Part shown: one piece after another, positions 1-8,900 of the stretch | Layout of the letters: the number at the start of each line of letters is the position of its first letter | Numbering within the stretch: the first letter of the stretch is position 1 | Assembly (NCBI GenBank): GCA_022361175.1 | Contig: JAKSBN010000346.1 | Coordinates: 587-64,586 of the forward strand | Direction: 5' to 3' | Source: Pseudomonadota bacterium | GTDB lineage: Bacteria > Myxococcota_A > UBA9160 > UBA4427 | Length of the DNA: 64,000 nt | Notes under the pieces: generated by a model | What the model was told of the DNA's origin: nothing | Databases searched by the model: none | Seen by the model: only the letters and a program-made list of their open reading frames with translations | Made by a program: the position numbers and the translations under genes

Positions 1-213
1 CGGCTGCGCCGCGCCCTGTTGGCGTGCATCGGCATCCTGTACGTCTTTTCGATTCCCTGGTACCGCGAGCCGGGGACCACGACGGATCTGTGGCTGGGGC
101 TTCCGGCCTGGGTGACGACCGCGCTCCTCTGCTATTTGGCAGTGGCGGTGCTGAACTCCCTGGCGTGGCACCTCCACGAAATCTCCGACGAAGACGAGAG
201 CGGCCCCACATGA
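1..213 (+). CDS. small membrane protein of the DUF3311 type that precedes sodium:solute symporters (5' end probably outside the window)
   Basis: Frame is open from nt 1. The translation (LLACIGILYVFSIPWY...LGLPAWVTTALLCYLAVAVLNSLAW) shows two hydrophobic helices. Its TGA (211-213) overlaps the symporter ATG (210-212). Confidence 0.6.
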   Translation, partial: RLRRALLACIGILYVFSIPWYREPGTTTDLWLGLPAWVTTALLCYLAVAVLNSLAWHLHEISDEDESGPT

Positions 214-1700
214 GCTTCGGCAGCTGGGGCGTCGTGGCACTGGTCGGCTACGTGGTGGCGCTGCTCGTCGTGTGCGAGTTCGCCTACCGTGCGCGACGCG
301 ATACTTCGCCCGCCGACCACTTCCTGGCGGGCCGCGGTCTCAGCGTCTGGGTGCTGTTCCTGACGCTGTACGCCACCGCCTACAGCGGGAACTCCCTGCT
401 CGGCTACCCGGGCGAGGCCTATCGCCGCGGCTTCTCCTGGATCATGGCCACGGGCTTCATGATGTCCATCATCGTGGTCTTCCACGCGCTGGCCCCGCGG
501 CTGCGGCCGCTCTCGGTGGCCCACGGCTCCGTCACGCCCGGGGACTTTCTGCGCCACCGCTTCGGCGACGAAGGAAGTGGCCGCGCGCTCCGGATCGTCG
601 TGGGGATCCTGATGTCGCTGGCGCTGGCCAACTTTCTGCTCGCGCAGCTGAAGGCCATGGGACACGTGACGGGTCGCGTCACCGAAGGCGCAGTGCCCTA
701 TGAAGCCGGCGTGATCGGATTGGCCGCGCTGATTCTGTACTACGAGACGCGGGGCGGAATGCGAGCCGTGGCTTGGACCGACGCCGGCCAGGCGATTCTG
801 ATGGCCTTCGGCCTGGGCGCGCTGCTGCACTGGCTGTTGGCGGAGTCCGGCGGCCTTGCGGCCGCGACCGCGGCGGTGGCGGCGGTGCGCCCCGAGGCGG
901 TGGTCGTGCCCGACACCGTCGAGCAGTGGAACTGGTTCAGCTCGATCGTGTTGCTGGGGGTGGCCAGCGTCGTGTACCCGCAAGCCATCCAGCGCATCTA
1001 CGCCGCCCGCAGCGGGCCCTCGTTGGCGAGGGCCTTCTCGCTGATGACCTTCATGCCCTTAGTGACCACGTTGGTGGTGACGCTGATCGGCATCGCCGCG
1101 ATTCCGCGCTTCGAGTTGCTGGGCGACGTGGCCGCCGATGAGGTGATGCCGCTGCTTCTGGGAGCCTGGGCCGAGGGCGGGGGCTTCGCGCTCGCAGCCG
1201 CCGTGCTGGTCTTCCTCGGGGCCCTGGCGGCGATCATGTCGACCGCCGATTCCTGCCTGCTGTCGTTGGGCTCGCTCGTGGCGACGGATCTTCTGGGCCG
1301 TCGCTCGCACGATCCCGCCACCACCAAGCTGGGCAAGCGGCTGGCGGCCGTGTTGCTCCTGGCGATGATCCCGTTGGCGTTGTCCCGCCAGGTGAGCTTG
1401 TGGCGCCTCATCGAGCTCAAGATGGAGCTCTTGATTCAGTGCGCGCCCGCCTTCTTGATCGCTCTCCACTGGCGCGGCCAGCGGGCCAGCGCCACGCTGG
1501 TAGGCGTGGTGGCGGGGACGCTGGTGGCGGGCGGAGCCGCCCTGGCCGGGATCAAGCGCATCGAGGGCATCCACGTCGGAGTCATCGGCCTGGCGGTCAA
1601 CCTCGTGCTCACGGTCGGTTTGAGCGTGTGGGCGGGCCGAGCCGGCGGCTACGAGGCCGAGCGAGTCGGGGCCGGGACGCCCAGCGCTTCGGCCAAGTAG
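210..1700 (+). CDS. sodium:solute symporter (SSS) family transporter
   Basis: Polytopic membrane translation with SSS-like blocks (HFLAGRGLS, YSGNSLLGYPGEAYRRGF, ETRGGMRAVAWTDAGQA). Start taken at ATG 210; the first 62 codons of the track ORF (24..) are non-protein-like. Confidence 0.9.
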   Translation: MSFGSWGVVALVGYVVALLVVCEFAYRARRDTSPADHFLAGRGLSVWVLFLTLYATAYSGNSLLGYPGEAYRRGFSWIMATGFMMSIIVVFHALAPRLRPLSVAHGSVTPGDFLRHRFGDEGSGRALRIVVGILMSLALANFLLAQLKAMGHVTGRVTEGAVPYEAGVIGLAALILYYETRGGMRAVAWTDAGQAILMAFGLGALLHWLLAESGGLAAATAAVAAVRPEAVVVPDTVEQWNWFSSIVLLGVASVVYPQAIQRIYAARSGPSLARAFSLMTFMPLVTTLVVTLIGIAAIPRFELLGDVAADEVMPLLLGAWAEGGGFALAAAVLVFLGALAAIMSTADSCLLSLGSLVATDLLGRRSHDPATTKLGKRLAAVLLLAMIPLALSRQVSLWRLIELKMELLIQCAPAFLIALHWRGQRASATLVGVVAGTLVAGGAALAGIKRIEGIHVGVIGLAVNLVLTVGLSVWAGRAGGYEAERVGAGTPSASAK

Positions 1701-2965
1701 GGCAGGGCCTCGTCGGTCAGCGAGAGTTGGGGGGCCAGGCGCTTGCCCAGGCCCTCCGCCGTCATCAGCGCCAGGTTCACCATGGTCATGTGTGCACGGG
1801 CGTGAATGCGGTGGCGCCGAAGGATGTCGAAGATGCGGCCGATCTCCAGCGTGACTTGGAGATGCGCGAGTCCTTTGTCCTGGACGCTGGCCACGAAGTC
1901 GCAGATGTCCCGCTCGTAGGCCGCGTAGTCTCGCGTGCCGCGGTACGGGGCGTTGTCGTAGAAGAGCCGCGCCACCGTGGCCCCGTCCCCGGTGGCCAGC
2001 GCAAACAGAAGTCGCGCGGTGGTGACGCGATCCTCGTCCTCGAGTCGGCCCACCAAGCCCAGGTCCAGGAAGACGACGGATCCGGGAGGGCGAAAGCGCA
2101 CGTTGCCCGGATGGACGTCGGCGTGGACGAAGCCGTGGGAGAAGACCATCCGGCAGATCGCGCGCATGCCCGCCATGACCACGCGCGTGACGTCCACTCC
2201 CCGGGCCTCGAGATCCGCCTCGCGGACGTCCTCGACGAAGTCCATCGTGAGAACCGCGTCCGAGCTGGCGCCGGGGTGGACGCGCGGGAACTGGATGTCC
2301 TCGTCGTCCGCGAAGTTGCGGGCGAACTCGGCGTTGTTCTCGGCCTCGTGGCGCAGGTGGGTCTGCGCTTCCACCGCGGCGCAGAACTGCTCGACGGAGG
2401 CCTCCAGAGAGAGCAGCCGGAAGGTCGGCACGATGCGCTCCGCCACGCGGGCCAGCAGCAGCAAGATCGATCGGTCCAGCTGGATCCGCTCCAGGATGTC
2501 GGGTCGCCGCACCTTGACCGCCACCGCGGCGCGCGGCTCGCGCAGCACGGCCCGGTGCACCTGCGCCACCGAGGCCGCGGCCACGGGCACGGGGTCGAAC
2601 TCCGCGTAGATCTCCTCCAGGGGCCGGCCCAGCTCGGAGGCGATGATGGCCTCGACTTCCGCAAAAGGGAACGCCGGCACGTCGTCCTGCAGACGGGCGA
2701 GTTCGCGGACCAAGGGCGGCGGTAGCAGGTCCCCGCGTGTCGACGCGATCTGCCCCACCTTGATGAACGTGGCGCCCAGGTGTGTGAAGGCCCGCACGAG
2801 GCCGGCGCCCGCGGCAGCCGCCCACTGGCGCTCGCGCGCGAGCGCGGCCAGAAAAGCGCCCAGGCCCAGGAGCGCCCCCTGCAGCATCTGGAACGAACGC
2901 AGGGCGATCCGAAGTGCGTGCGAGCGAGAGGAGGAGCGGGTGGAAGCGTCGGCCGGCCGGGACAT
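1649..2965 (-). CDS. ABC1/UbiB (AarF) atypical protein kinase family protein
   Basis: 438-aa translation with family blocks TFIKVGQIASTRGDLLP, AAASVAQVHRA, VAVKVRRP, GFVHADVHPGNV, DLGLVG. Only the 3' third of the 1179-aa track ORF is real. ATG at 2965. Confidence 0.9.
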   Translation of the reverse strand: MSRPADASTRSSSRSHALRIALRSFQMLQGALLGLGAFLAALARERQWAAAAGAGLVRAFTHLGATFIKVGQIASTRGDLLPPPLVRELARLQDDVPAFPFAEVEAIIASELGRPLEEIYAEFDPVPVAAASVAQVHRAVLREPRAAVAVKVRRPDILERIQLDRSILLLLARVAERIVPTFRLLSLEASVEQFCAAVEAQTHLRHEAENNAEFARNFADDEDIQFPRVHPGASSDAVLTMDFVEDVREADLEARGVDVTRVVMAGMRAICRMVFSHGFVHADVHPGNVRFRPPGSVVFLDLGLVGRLEDEDRVTTARLLFALATGDGATVARLFYDNAPYRGTRDYAAYERDICDFVASVQDKGLAHLQVTLEIGRIFDILRRHRIHARAHMTMVNLALMTAEGLGKRLAPQLSLTDEALPYLAEALGVPAPTRSAS

Positions 2966-2982
2966 CGCGGCGGCAGCGTATC

Positions 2983-4803
2983 TCAGTCCTCGGGGTTTGG
3001 CTTGGGCAGCTCGATGCGGCCCTCGTTCAAGAGCGTGCCGAAGTCCGGGGCGGGCAGGGGGGGCGAGAAGAGAAACCCCTGCATCCCCGGGCAGGCGTGC
3101 TCGATTAGGAACTCGCGCTGCGCCTCCGTCTCGACCCCCTCGGCCAGGACGGACAGGCCCAGGCTGTTGGCGAGGCCGATGATCGCCGCGGCCACCATCG
3201 AGCCGTCCCGGTCCTCGATGGCTTCGCGGGTGAAGCTGCGGTCCATCTTGAGGACGTCCAGCGGCAGCCGTCTCAGAACCGAGAGCGAGGAGTAGCCGGT
3301 CCCGAAGTCGTCCAGCGAGACCGCGACGCCGAGGTCCTTGATGGAGCCCAGGCACTTGACCGTCGAGTCCACGTCCCGCATGAGGCAGCTCTCCGTGATC
3401 TCCAGTGTCAGCGAGGAGGGCGGGAGCCGCGTCTCGCGCAGGACCCAGTCGACCCGGCCGTGGAAATCGGTGTGCCAGAACTGTCTCGGAGAGACGTTGA
3501 CGGAGACGGCGGCGTGCTCGAGGCCCGCGTCCTGCCAGTGTCGCGTCTGGCGGCAGGCTTCCAGCAACACCCACTCCCCGATCTGACCGATCAGTCCCGT
3601 TTCCTCGGCCAGGGGGATGAACTCGACCGGCGATACCAGGCCCAAGTCGGGGTGGAGCCAGCGAACGAGCGCCTCGGCGCCGACGATGGTTCCCGTGCGG
3701 CCGTCGATCTGCGGCTGGAAGTGAAGGCGAAGCTGGTCGAGTTCGATGGCGCGCCGCAGGTCGTTCTCGAGAGCCAGGAGCTTCAACGAGGAGGCGTTCA
3801 TCTGGCGCGAGTAGAAGTGGCAGTTGTCGCCGCCCGAGTCCTTGGCACTGTACATGGCGGTGTCGGCATTCTTGACCAGGTCCTCCGCGTTCTCGCCATC
3901 TTCGGGATAGAGCGCGATGCCGATGCTGGTCGTGATGTAGAACTCCCGGTGGCCCATGCGGTAGGGCCGGGACAGTGCCCGCTCGACGTTGCGCGCCACC
4001 TTCGCCGCGTCGACGGATTGGCGGATGCCGGGCAGCAGCACCACGAATTCGTCGCCGCCGATGCGGGCCGCCGAATCGCTGGCCCGGAGGCAGGCGGACA
4101 GGCGGCGCGCGACGGCGTGGAGGAGCTGGTCTCCCACCGAGTGCCCCAGCGTGTCGTTGATGGTCTTGAAGCGGTCGAGGTCCAGGAACAGGATCGCGAC
4201 TCGCTGGCCGTAACGCCGGGCCGAAGCCAGCGACTGGCCGAGGCGGTCGGCGAACAGATAGCGGTTCGGTAGGCCCGTCAGCGCGTCGTGGGTGGCCAGG
4301 TAGTGCTCCCGCTGCCGCGCCTCCTGAAGCTCCATCAGCATCCGGTGCCGCTCGATGGCGCTCTGGATGGTCCGCACCAGCATGCGGGACTCGAACTCGC
4401 CCTTGAAGAGGTAGTCCTGGGCCCCGGCCTTGACCGCGTCGAGAGCCAGGTGCTCGTCGCTGTGACCGGTGATGACGACGATCGGCACCGAAACCTCTTC
4501 TGAGCGTTCGTGCATGCGGTGAAGCGTCTCCAGACCGACGCTGTCCGGCAGGCCCAGATCGAGCAACACGATGTCGAAGGGTTCGGTGGCGACCCGAACC
4601 AGGGCGTCGGCCAGGCGCTCGCTGCGGGCGACGCGATACTCCGCGTGGGAGGCGTCCGCGAGGCGTTGCTCCAGCAGCACGGCGTCGGCCGTGGTGTCCT
4701 CGACCAGCAGGATTCGCACCGCGCTCCGCGACGCGGGCCGGGGCGACGGGTTCCTGCGCGAGGGGTCGAAGCGCCGGATCCTGCCTTCCGTTCGTCCACT
4801 CAT
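2983..4803 (-). CDS. response regulator with REC, GGDEF and EAL domains (c-di-GMP turnover)
   Basis: REC (RILLVEDT, LLDLGLPD), GGDEF (RIGGDEFVVLL) and EAL (EALVRW, DDFGTGYSS, EGVET) signatures are all intact. Start taken at ATG 4803; the track ORF opens at TTG 4908. Confidence 0.9.
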   Translation of the reverse strand: MSGRTEGRIRRFDPSRRNPSPRPASRSAVRILLVEDTTADAVLLEQRLADASHAEYRVARSERLADALVRVATEPFDIVLLDLGLPDSVGLETLHRMHERSEEVSVPIVVITGHSDEHLALDAVKAGAQDYLFKGEFESRMLVRTIQSAIERHRMLMELQEARQREHYLATHDALTGLPNRYLFADRLGQSLASARRYGQRVAILFLDLDRFKTINDTLGHSVGDQLLHAVARRLSACLRASDSAARIGGDEFVVLLPGIRQSVDAAKVARNVERALSRPYRMGHREFYITTSIGIALYPEDGENAEDLVKNADTAMYSAKDSGGDNCHFYSRQMNASSLKLLALENDLRRAIELDQLRLHFQPQIDGRTGTIVGAEALVRWLHPDLGLVSPVEFIPLAEETGLIGQIGEWVLLEACRQTRHWQDAGLEHAAVSVNVSPRQFWHTDFHGRVDWVLRETRLPPSSLTLEITESCLMRDVDSTVKCLGSIKDLGVAVSLDDFGTGYSSLSVLRRLPLDVLKMDRSFTREAIEDRDGSMVAAAIIGLANSLGLSVLAEGVETEAQREFLIEHACPGMQGFLFSPPLPAPDFGTLLNEGRIELPKPNPED

Positions 4804-5108
4804 GCGCCGCGCAGACCTCCGCGCGAGATCCTTCGCAAGGCGCGTGCCGCGGCTCTGGCGGCCCTGGGCGGGCTCTGCCTCGCGCTGGCGGGGTTCGTCC
4901 CGTTTCAATTTGAGACCGGATTCCAGACCGAGACGAGAATTCCAGTGACACGCGAACTTCGAGTTGCGTGCGTATGAGGGTCGTGGACGGATCCAGAACA
5001 GGGTATTTTCCCATCCAGTGAATCCCTGAGTATCGCTGGGGCGATTTCGGGGGGGCGGTGGTCGGAGGGACCATTGCGCAACTGGCGGAAACGCCAGAGG
5101 AGAACTGG

Positions 5109-5240
5109 ATGGTCACCCTCCTGGGCTTGCTGTGTGTCACCTGGACGCTGTTTGAGATCGTGCGCCTGACGGCCGCTCGTCCGCGCATCGAGGCCTTCGA
5201 CGCCGAAGGCCGGCGCCTCCAGATCGAAGAGATCCGCTAG
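5109..5240 (+). CDS. possible small membrane protein (43 aa)
   Basis: ATG 5109 is preceded by GAGGAGAA. The translation MVTLLGLLCVTWTLFEIVRL... has one hydrophobic helix and a charged tail. No family recognised. It lies in the largest intergenic gap. Confidence 0.3.
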   Translation: MVTLLGLLCVTWTLFEIVRLTAARPRIEAFDAEGRRLQIEEIR

Positions 5241-5339
5241 TCCCCACTTTCTCGTCGCCGGACCCCACCACGGCTCGCCCCGGCCGCTGATCCGGCGCGA
5301 CGCTACTCTCGTCGCCCAAGCCACTTTTGGGAGGGACGG

Positions 5340-7460
5340 GTGAGCGACGAGCTCCGCGATCAGGCACCCGGGGAGGCCGACGGGGCCAATCCCCTGCTCG
5401 ACACGCGCGGCCTCCCGCGTTTCCCCGAGATTCGCCCCGAGCAGGTAGAACCGGGCATACGAGCGCTTCTGGCCGAGTTGGAGCGCGAGCTGCAGGCCCT
5501 GGAGGCGAGCGCCGAGCCCACCTGGACCGGCTTGGTCGAGCCGCTCGAGCGCCTGAACGGACGTCTCGAGTACAGCTGGGGCGTGCTCGGCCACCTGTTG
5601 GGCGTGCGCAACAGCGATGCCCTGCGTCAGGCGTTCGAAACCGTGCAGCCCGAGGTCGTGGCGTTTGGGCTGCGGCTCGCCCAGAGCCCGTCGCTCTACC
5701 GCGCCTTGGTGGCGCTGCGGGAGGGCGACGCCTGGGCGGGGCTGGACGGTCCGCAACGGCGGGTCGTCGAGAGTCTGGAGCGCGACGCGCGCCACGCCGG
5801 CGTGGGGCTGGAAGGAGACGCGCGGACGCGCTTCAACGCAATCGCCCAAGAGCTGGCCGAGCTCTCGACGCGCTTTTCCAATCACGTTCTCGACGCCACC
5901 AAGGCGTTCGCGCTCGAGCTGGACGATCCCGAGGACGTGGCGGGGCTGCCGGAGAACCTCCGGGAGCTGGCGGCGCAGGCCGCCCGGGACGCCGGCAACA
6001 AGGCCGCGACCGCGGCCGAGGGCCCGTGGCGCATCACGCTGGACGCACCGAGCTTCGTGCCCTTCATGGAGCACGCGCGCGCCCGCGCGCGCCGGGAAGA
6101 GCTCTATCGCGCCTACGTCACGCGGGCCAGCTCGGGAGATTGGGACAACAGTCCGCTGATCGAGCGCATTCTCCAGCTGCGGCGCGAGCAGGCGGAACTC
6201 TTGGGCTACCCCGACTTTGCGGCCCTGTCTCTGGCGGACAAGATGGCGCCCGACGTGCCGGCCGTGCGGGAGCTGCTGGAGCGCCTACGTGTGGCCTCGC
6301 TGGATGCGGCCCAGCGAGACCTGGAGGATCTGCGCGGGTGCGCACGCGAGGCGCAGGCGCCGGAAGCGGAAGCGCTGGCGCTGTGGGACGTGGCCTACTG
6401 GGCCGAACGCCTGCGCGAAGCCCGCTTCCAGTACACCGAAGAGGAGCTGCGCCCCTACTTCCCGTTTCCGCGGGTGCTGCAGGGGCTCTTCGAGTTGGCC
6501 GAGCGGCTGTTCGCCGTCCGGATCCGGCCCGCCGATGGGGAGGCCCCGGTCTGGCATCCCGACGTGCGCTTCTTTCGGGTGGAAGACGCCGACGGGGCCT
6601 CGTTGGCCGCCTTCTACCTGGATCCCTACTCGCGTCCGGCCGAGAAGCGGGGCGGCGCCTGGATGGACGAGTGCGTGGGCCGCAGCCGTGTACTCGCCTC
6701 CGAGGGCCAGGCCCTGCGCCAGCCGGTGGCGTACCTCGTCTGCAACCAGACGCCGCCGGTCGGCGACGCCCCCTCCCTCATGAGCTTCTCGGAGGTCTCG
6801 ACGCTGTTTCACGAGTTCGGCCATGGCCTTCAGCACATGCTGACGACGGTGGACTACGGGCTGGCGGCGGGCATCCGCAACATCGAGTGGGATGCGGTCG
6901 AGCTGCCCTCCCAGTTCATGGAGAACTGGTGCTATCACCGCGAGACCGTGACGCGGCTGAGCGGCCACGTGACGACCGGCGAGCCCCTGCCCGACGCGCT
7001 CTTCGAGAAGCTGTTGGCCGCGCGCACGTATCGGGCCGGGAGCGACATGCTGCGGCAGCTCTACTTCGCGCTCACCGATCTGGAGCTTCACGAGGCTTTC
7101 CTAGCCGGTGGCTCCGACACCGCCTTCGACGTGCAGCGGCGTGTGGCCGAGCGCACGACGGTGTTGCCTCCGCTGCCCGAGGATCGCTTCCTGTGCAGCT
7201 TCGGCCACATCTTCGCCGGGGGCTACGCGGCCGGGTACTACAGCTACAAATGGGCCGAGGTGCTGTCGGCCGACGCGTTCGCCGCCTTCGAGGAGGCGGG
7301 CCTGGACGACGCGCAGGCCGTTCGCGAGACGGGGCTGCGGTACCGCGAAACGGTGCTGGCGCGGGGCGGCGGCGAGGCTCCGATGGAGGTCTTTCGGGCC
7401 TTCCGGGGCCGCGAGCCCAGCCCGGACGCGCTGCTGCGGCACAGCGGCCTGGCGGAATGA
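5340..7460 (+). CDS. prlC: oligopeptidase A (M3 family zinc metallopeptidase)
   Basis: 706 aa with the HEFGH zinc motif and end-to-end M3A-like sequence (WDVAYW, FYLDPYSRPAEKRGGAWM, GGYAAGYYSYKWAEVLSADAF). GTG start at 5340. Confidence 0.95.
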   Translation: MSDELRDQAPGEADGANPLLDTRGLPRFPEIRPEQVEPGIRALLAELERELQALEASAEPTWTGLVEPLERLNGRLEYSWGVLGHLLGVRNSDALRQAFETVQPEVVAFGLRLAQSPSLYRALVALREGDAWAGLDGPQRRVVESLERDARHAGVGLEGDARTRFNAIAQELAELSTRFSNHVLDATKAFALELDDPEDVAGLPENLRELAAQAARDAGNKAATAAEGPWRITLDAPSFVPFMEHARARARREELYRAYVTRASSGDWDNSPLIERILQLRREQAELLGYPDFAALSLADKMAPDVPAVRELLERLRVASLDAAQRDLEDLRGCAREAQAPEAEALALWDVAYWAERLREARFQYTEEELRPYFPFPRVLQGLFELAERLFAVRIRPADGEAPVWHPDVRFFRVEDADGASLAAFYLDPYSRPAEKRGGAWMDECVGRSRVLASEGQALRQPVAYLVCNQTPPVGDAPSLMSFSEVSTLFHEFGHGLQHMLTTVDYGLAAGIRNIEWDAVELPSQFMENWCYHRETVTRLSGHVTTGEPLPDALFEKLLAARTYRAGSDMLRQLYFALTDLELHEAFLAGGSDTAFDVQRRVAERTTVLPPLPEDRFLCSFGHIFAGGYAAGYYSYKWAEVLSADAFAAFEEAGLDDAQAVRETGLRYRETVLARGGGEAPMEVFRAFRGREPSPDALLRHSGLAE

Positions 7461-7825
7461 CGCCGGCGCGCGACCGCTGGGGACGCATCTACGCCGTGGT
7501 GCGGCGGGTGCCGCGGGGCCGGGTAGCCACCTACGGGCAGGTCGCCCACCTGGCCGGGCTGCCCGGCCACGCCCGGCAGGTGGGCTACGCGCTTCACGCA
7601 CTGGGGTCGGAAGCCGACGTCCCCTGGCAGCGGGTGATCAACGCCAAGGGCGAGGTCAGTCCGCGCAGCGATCCCGGCATGGACTCGATTCAGCGCCAGC
7701 TGCTGGAAGCCGAAGGAGTGGAGTTCGACCGACACGGGCGCGTGGACCTGGCCCGGCACCAATGGCGGCCCCGGGGCGGAGGTGCGGGCGCCGGAGCCAG
7801 AACGCGTCGCGGAGGCACGAGATGA
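7457..7825 (+). CDS. alkyltransferase-like (ATL) protein: MGMT DNA-binding domain without the active-site Cys
   Basis: VPRGRVATYGQVAHLAG...VPWQRVIN matches the MGMT C-terminal domain, but the PCHR motif reads PWQR. Its ATG 7457 overlaps the prlC stop (ATGA). This is the last 122 codons of the track ORF 5327..7825. Confidence 0.85.
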   Translation: MTPARDRWGRIYAVVRRVPRGRVATYGQVAHLAGLPGHARQVGYALHALGSEADVPWQRVINAKGEVSPRSDPGMDSIQRQLLEAEGVEFDRHGRVDLARHQWRPRGGGAGAGARTRRGGTR

Positions 7826-8076
7826 CCCGAGAGAACAAGCTGGTTCGCCTGGCCATCGACTTCGAGAACCCGGCCTCGGACTGGTGGGAGGCCGGCGGGC
7901 GCGATCTGTGGGAGAGCCTGTTGGAAGGCTTCGACAACAACGACGTGGTGGTCGAGGATTCGATCGCCCAGTCGTGGCTGGCCGCCGCGGCGCAGATTCC
8001 GGGTTGGGAGGGAGGCCCCGAGTTCGCTCCCCACCCCGTGTGCCTGAAGGATCTGGACGAGGACGAAGTCGTCTGA
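7822..8076 (+). CDS. hypothetical acidic protein (84 aa)
   Basis: ATG 7822 overlaps the ATL stop (ATGA). The translation (MTRENKLVRLAIDFENPASDWWEAGG...) has normal protein composition. No family recognised. Confidence 0.6.
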   Translation: MTRENKLVRLAIDFENPASDWWEAGGRDLWESLLEGFDNNDVVVEDSIAQSWLAAAAQIPGWEGGPEFAPHPVCLKDLDEDEVV

Positions 8077-8106
8077 GTGCGACGGGCCGAACGAGTGGGC
8101 CTGGCC

Positions 8107-8283
8107 TCAGTCCATCCCGCCTTCGTTCTGAAGCGCGATGACGGCACCCGTGAGCAGCAGGACTTGACGTCCGTCCAGGTCGGCGTGGGCGAGCGCTCGC
8201 TTCAGCGCGTAGAGGGCCGAGCGGCAGGCCTCTGCGCAGCGCGTCGCTCGCGCCGGGTCACAGGGCTCGGGGGCATCGGACAC
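8107..8283 (-). CDS. possible small Cys-containing protein (58 aa)
   Basis: GTG 8283 lies 5 nt downstream of GGGAGGA. G/C at the third codon position is high. Translation: VSDAPEPCDPARATRCAEACRSALYALKRALAHADLDGRQVLLLTGAVIALQNEGGMD. No family recognised. Confidence 0.35.
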   Translation of the reverse strand: MSDAPEPCDPARATRCAEACRSALYALKRALAHADLDGRQVLLLTGAVIALQNEGGMD

Positions 8284-8435
8284 CGACTTCCTCCCGGATG
8301 GGTCGATCCTCGCTGGGTCGACCCGGATGGGGCGACGGCAGTGGGTGGCCCGCGACCCCGAGCGCGTGACGCGGATTGTCGCGCGATCTCCCCAGATCCC
8401 CGCCCGCGGGCGCGTTGCGGCTCGACTGCCGCCCG

Positions 8436-8900
8436 CTACGGCAGGAAGCGCTCGCGAACGCGGGCGCCGGGAACGCGGCACTGGTCAAGTCGACCAAAGA
8501 CCCGGTAGCGAATACGGGCGAAGGCGCGATACGCGGCGTCCATGAGCGGCCGCGGAAGCCAGCGCAGCAGCGCGACGTGTCGGACGGGGCCGGGCAACGA
8601 GCCGAGGATCCGGAACGAGGCCTGCGAACGCAGGAAGAAGCACGTGCGGCCGTCCTCGGTCTCCGCCAGGACCATGGTCTCGAGGCCTTCCGGGAACTCT
8701 TCGGGATAGCGACTCCGCAGCTGGGCGGCGGTCTCTCCTTGGAGCGGGGCGAAACGCAGGCGCCCGTCCGGATCGTGCGCCAGGAGCCAGGACACGGAGC
8801 GGTCGCAGAAACCGCACACGCCGTCGAAGAAGACGAGACGCCGGGGCAGCGCCGCGGCGTCGAACGCCGACCCCGGGTCGGGGGAGGGCGACGCCGTCAC
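8436..8900 (-). CDS. thiol-disulfide oxidoreductase DCC family (DUF393) protein
   Basis: LVFFDGVCGFCDRSVSWLLAHD matches the DCC CxxC signature. GTG 8900 overlaps the stop of the upstream VOC gene (GTGA). Confidence 0.85.
   Translation of the reverse strand: MTASPSPDPGSAFDAAALPRRLVFFDGVCGFCDRSVSWLLAHDPDGRLRFAPLQGETAAQLRSRYPEEFPEGLETMVLAETEDGRTCFFLRSQASFRILGSLPGPVRHVALLRWLPRPLMDAAYRAFARIRYRVFGRLDQCRVPGARVRERFLP

Noticed and set aside
1649-1700. 52-nt convergent overlap between the symporter 3' end and the UbiB-family gene 3' end
   Set aside because: It is probably genuine or due to a slightly shorter real C-terminus. Nothing in the sequence suggests a functional element.
4804-4908. TTG 4908 as the start of the REC-GGDEF-EAL gene
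   Set aside because: The extra 35 residues are Arg/Gln-rich with no ribosome-binding site. ATG 4803 has an upstream GGAGG. The choice remains uncertain.
2966-5188. Upstream two-thirds of the 1179-aa minus-strand ORF 1649..5188
   Set aside because: It is non-protein-like and lies in an alternative minus-strand frame over the same-strand REC-GGDEF-EAL gene. Only the 3' 438 codons (UbiB-family kinase) are kept.
5327-7825. 832-aa plus-strand ORF spanning the prlC region
   Set aside because: The translation is Arg/Gly/Ala/Pro-rich nonsense in a shadow frame of prlC. Only its last 122 codons (7457-7825, the ATL protein) look real.
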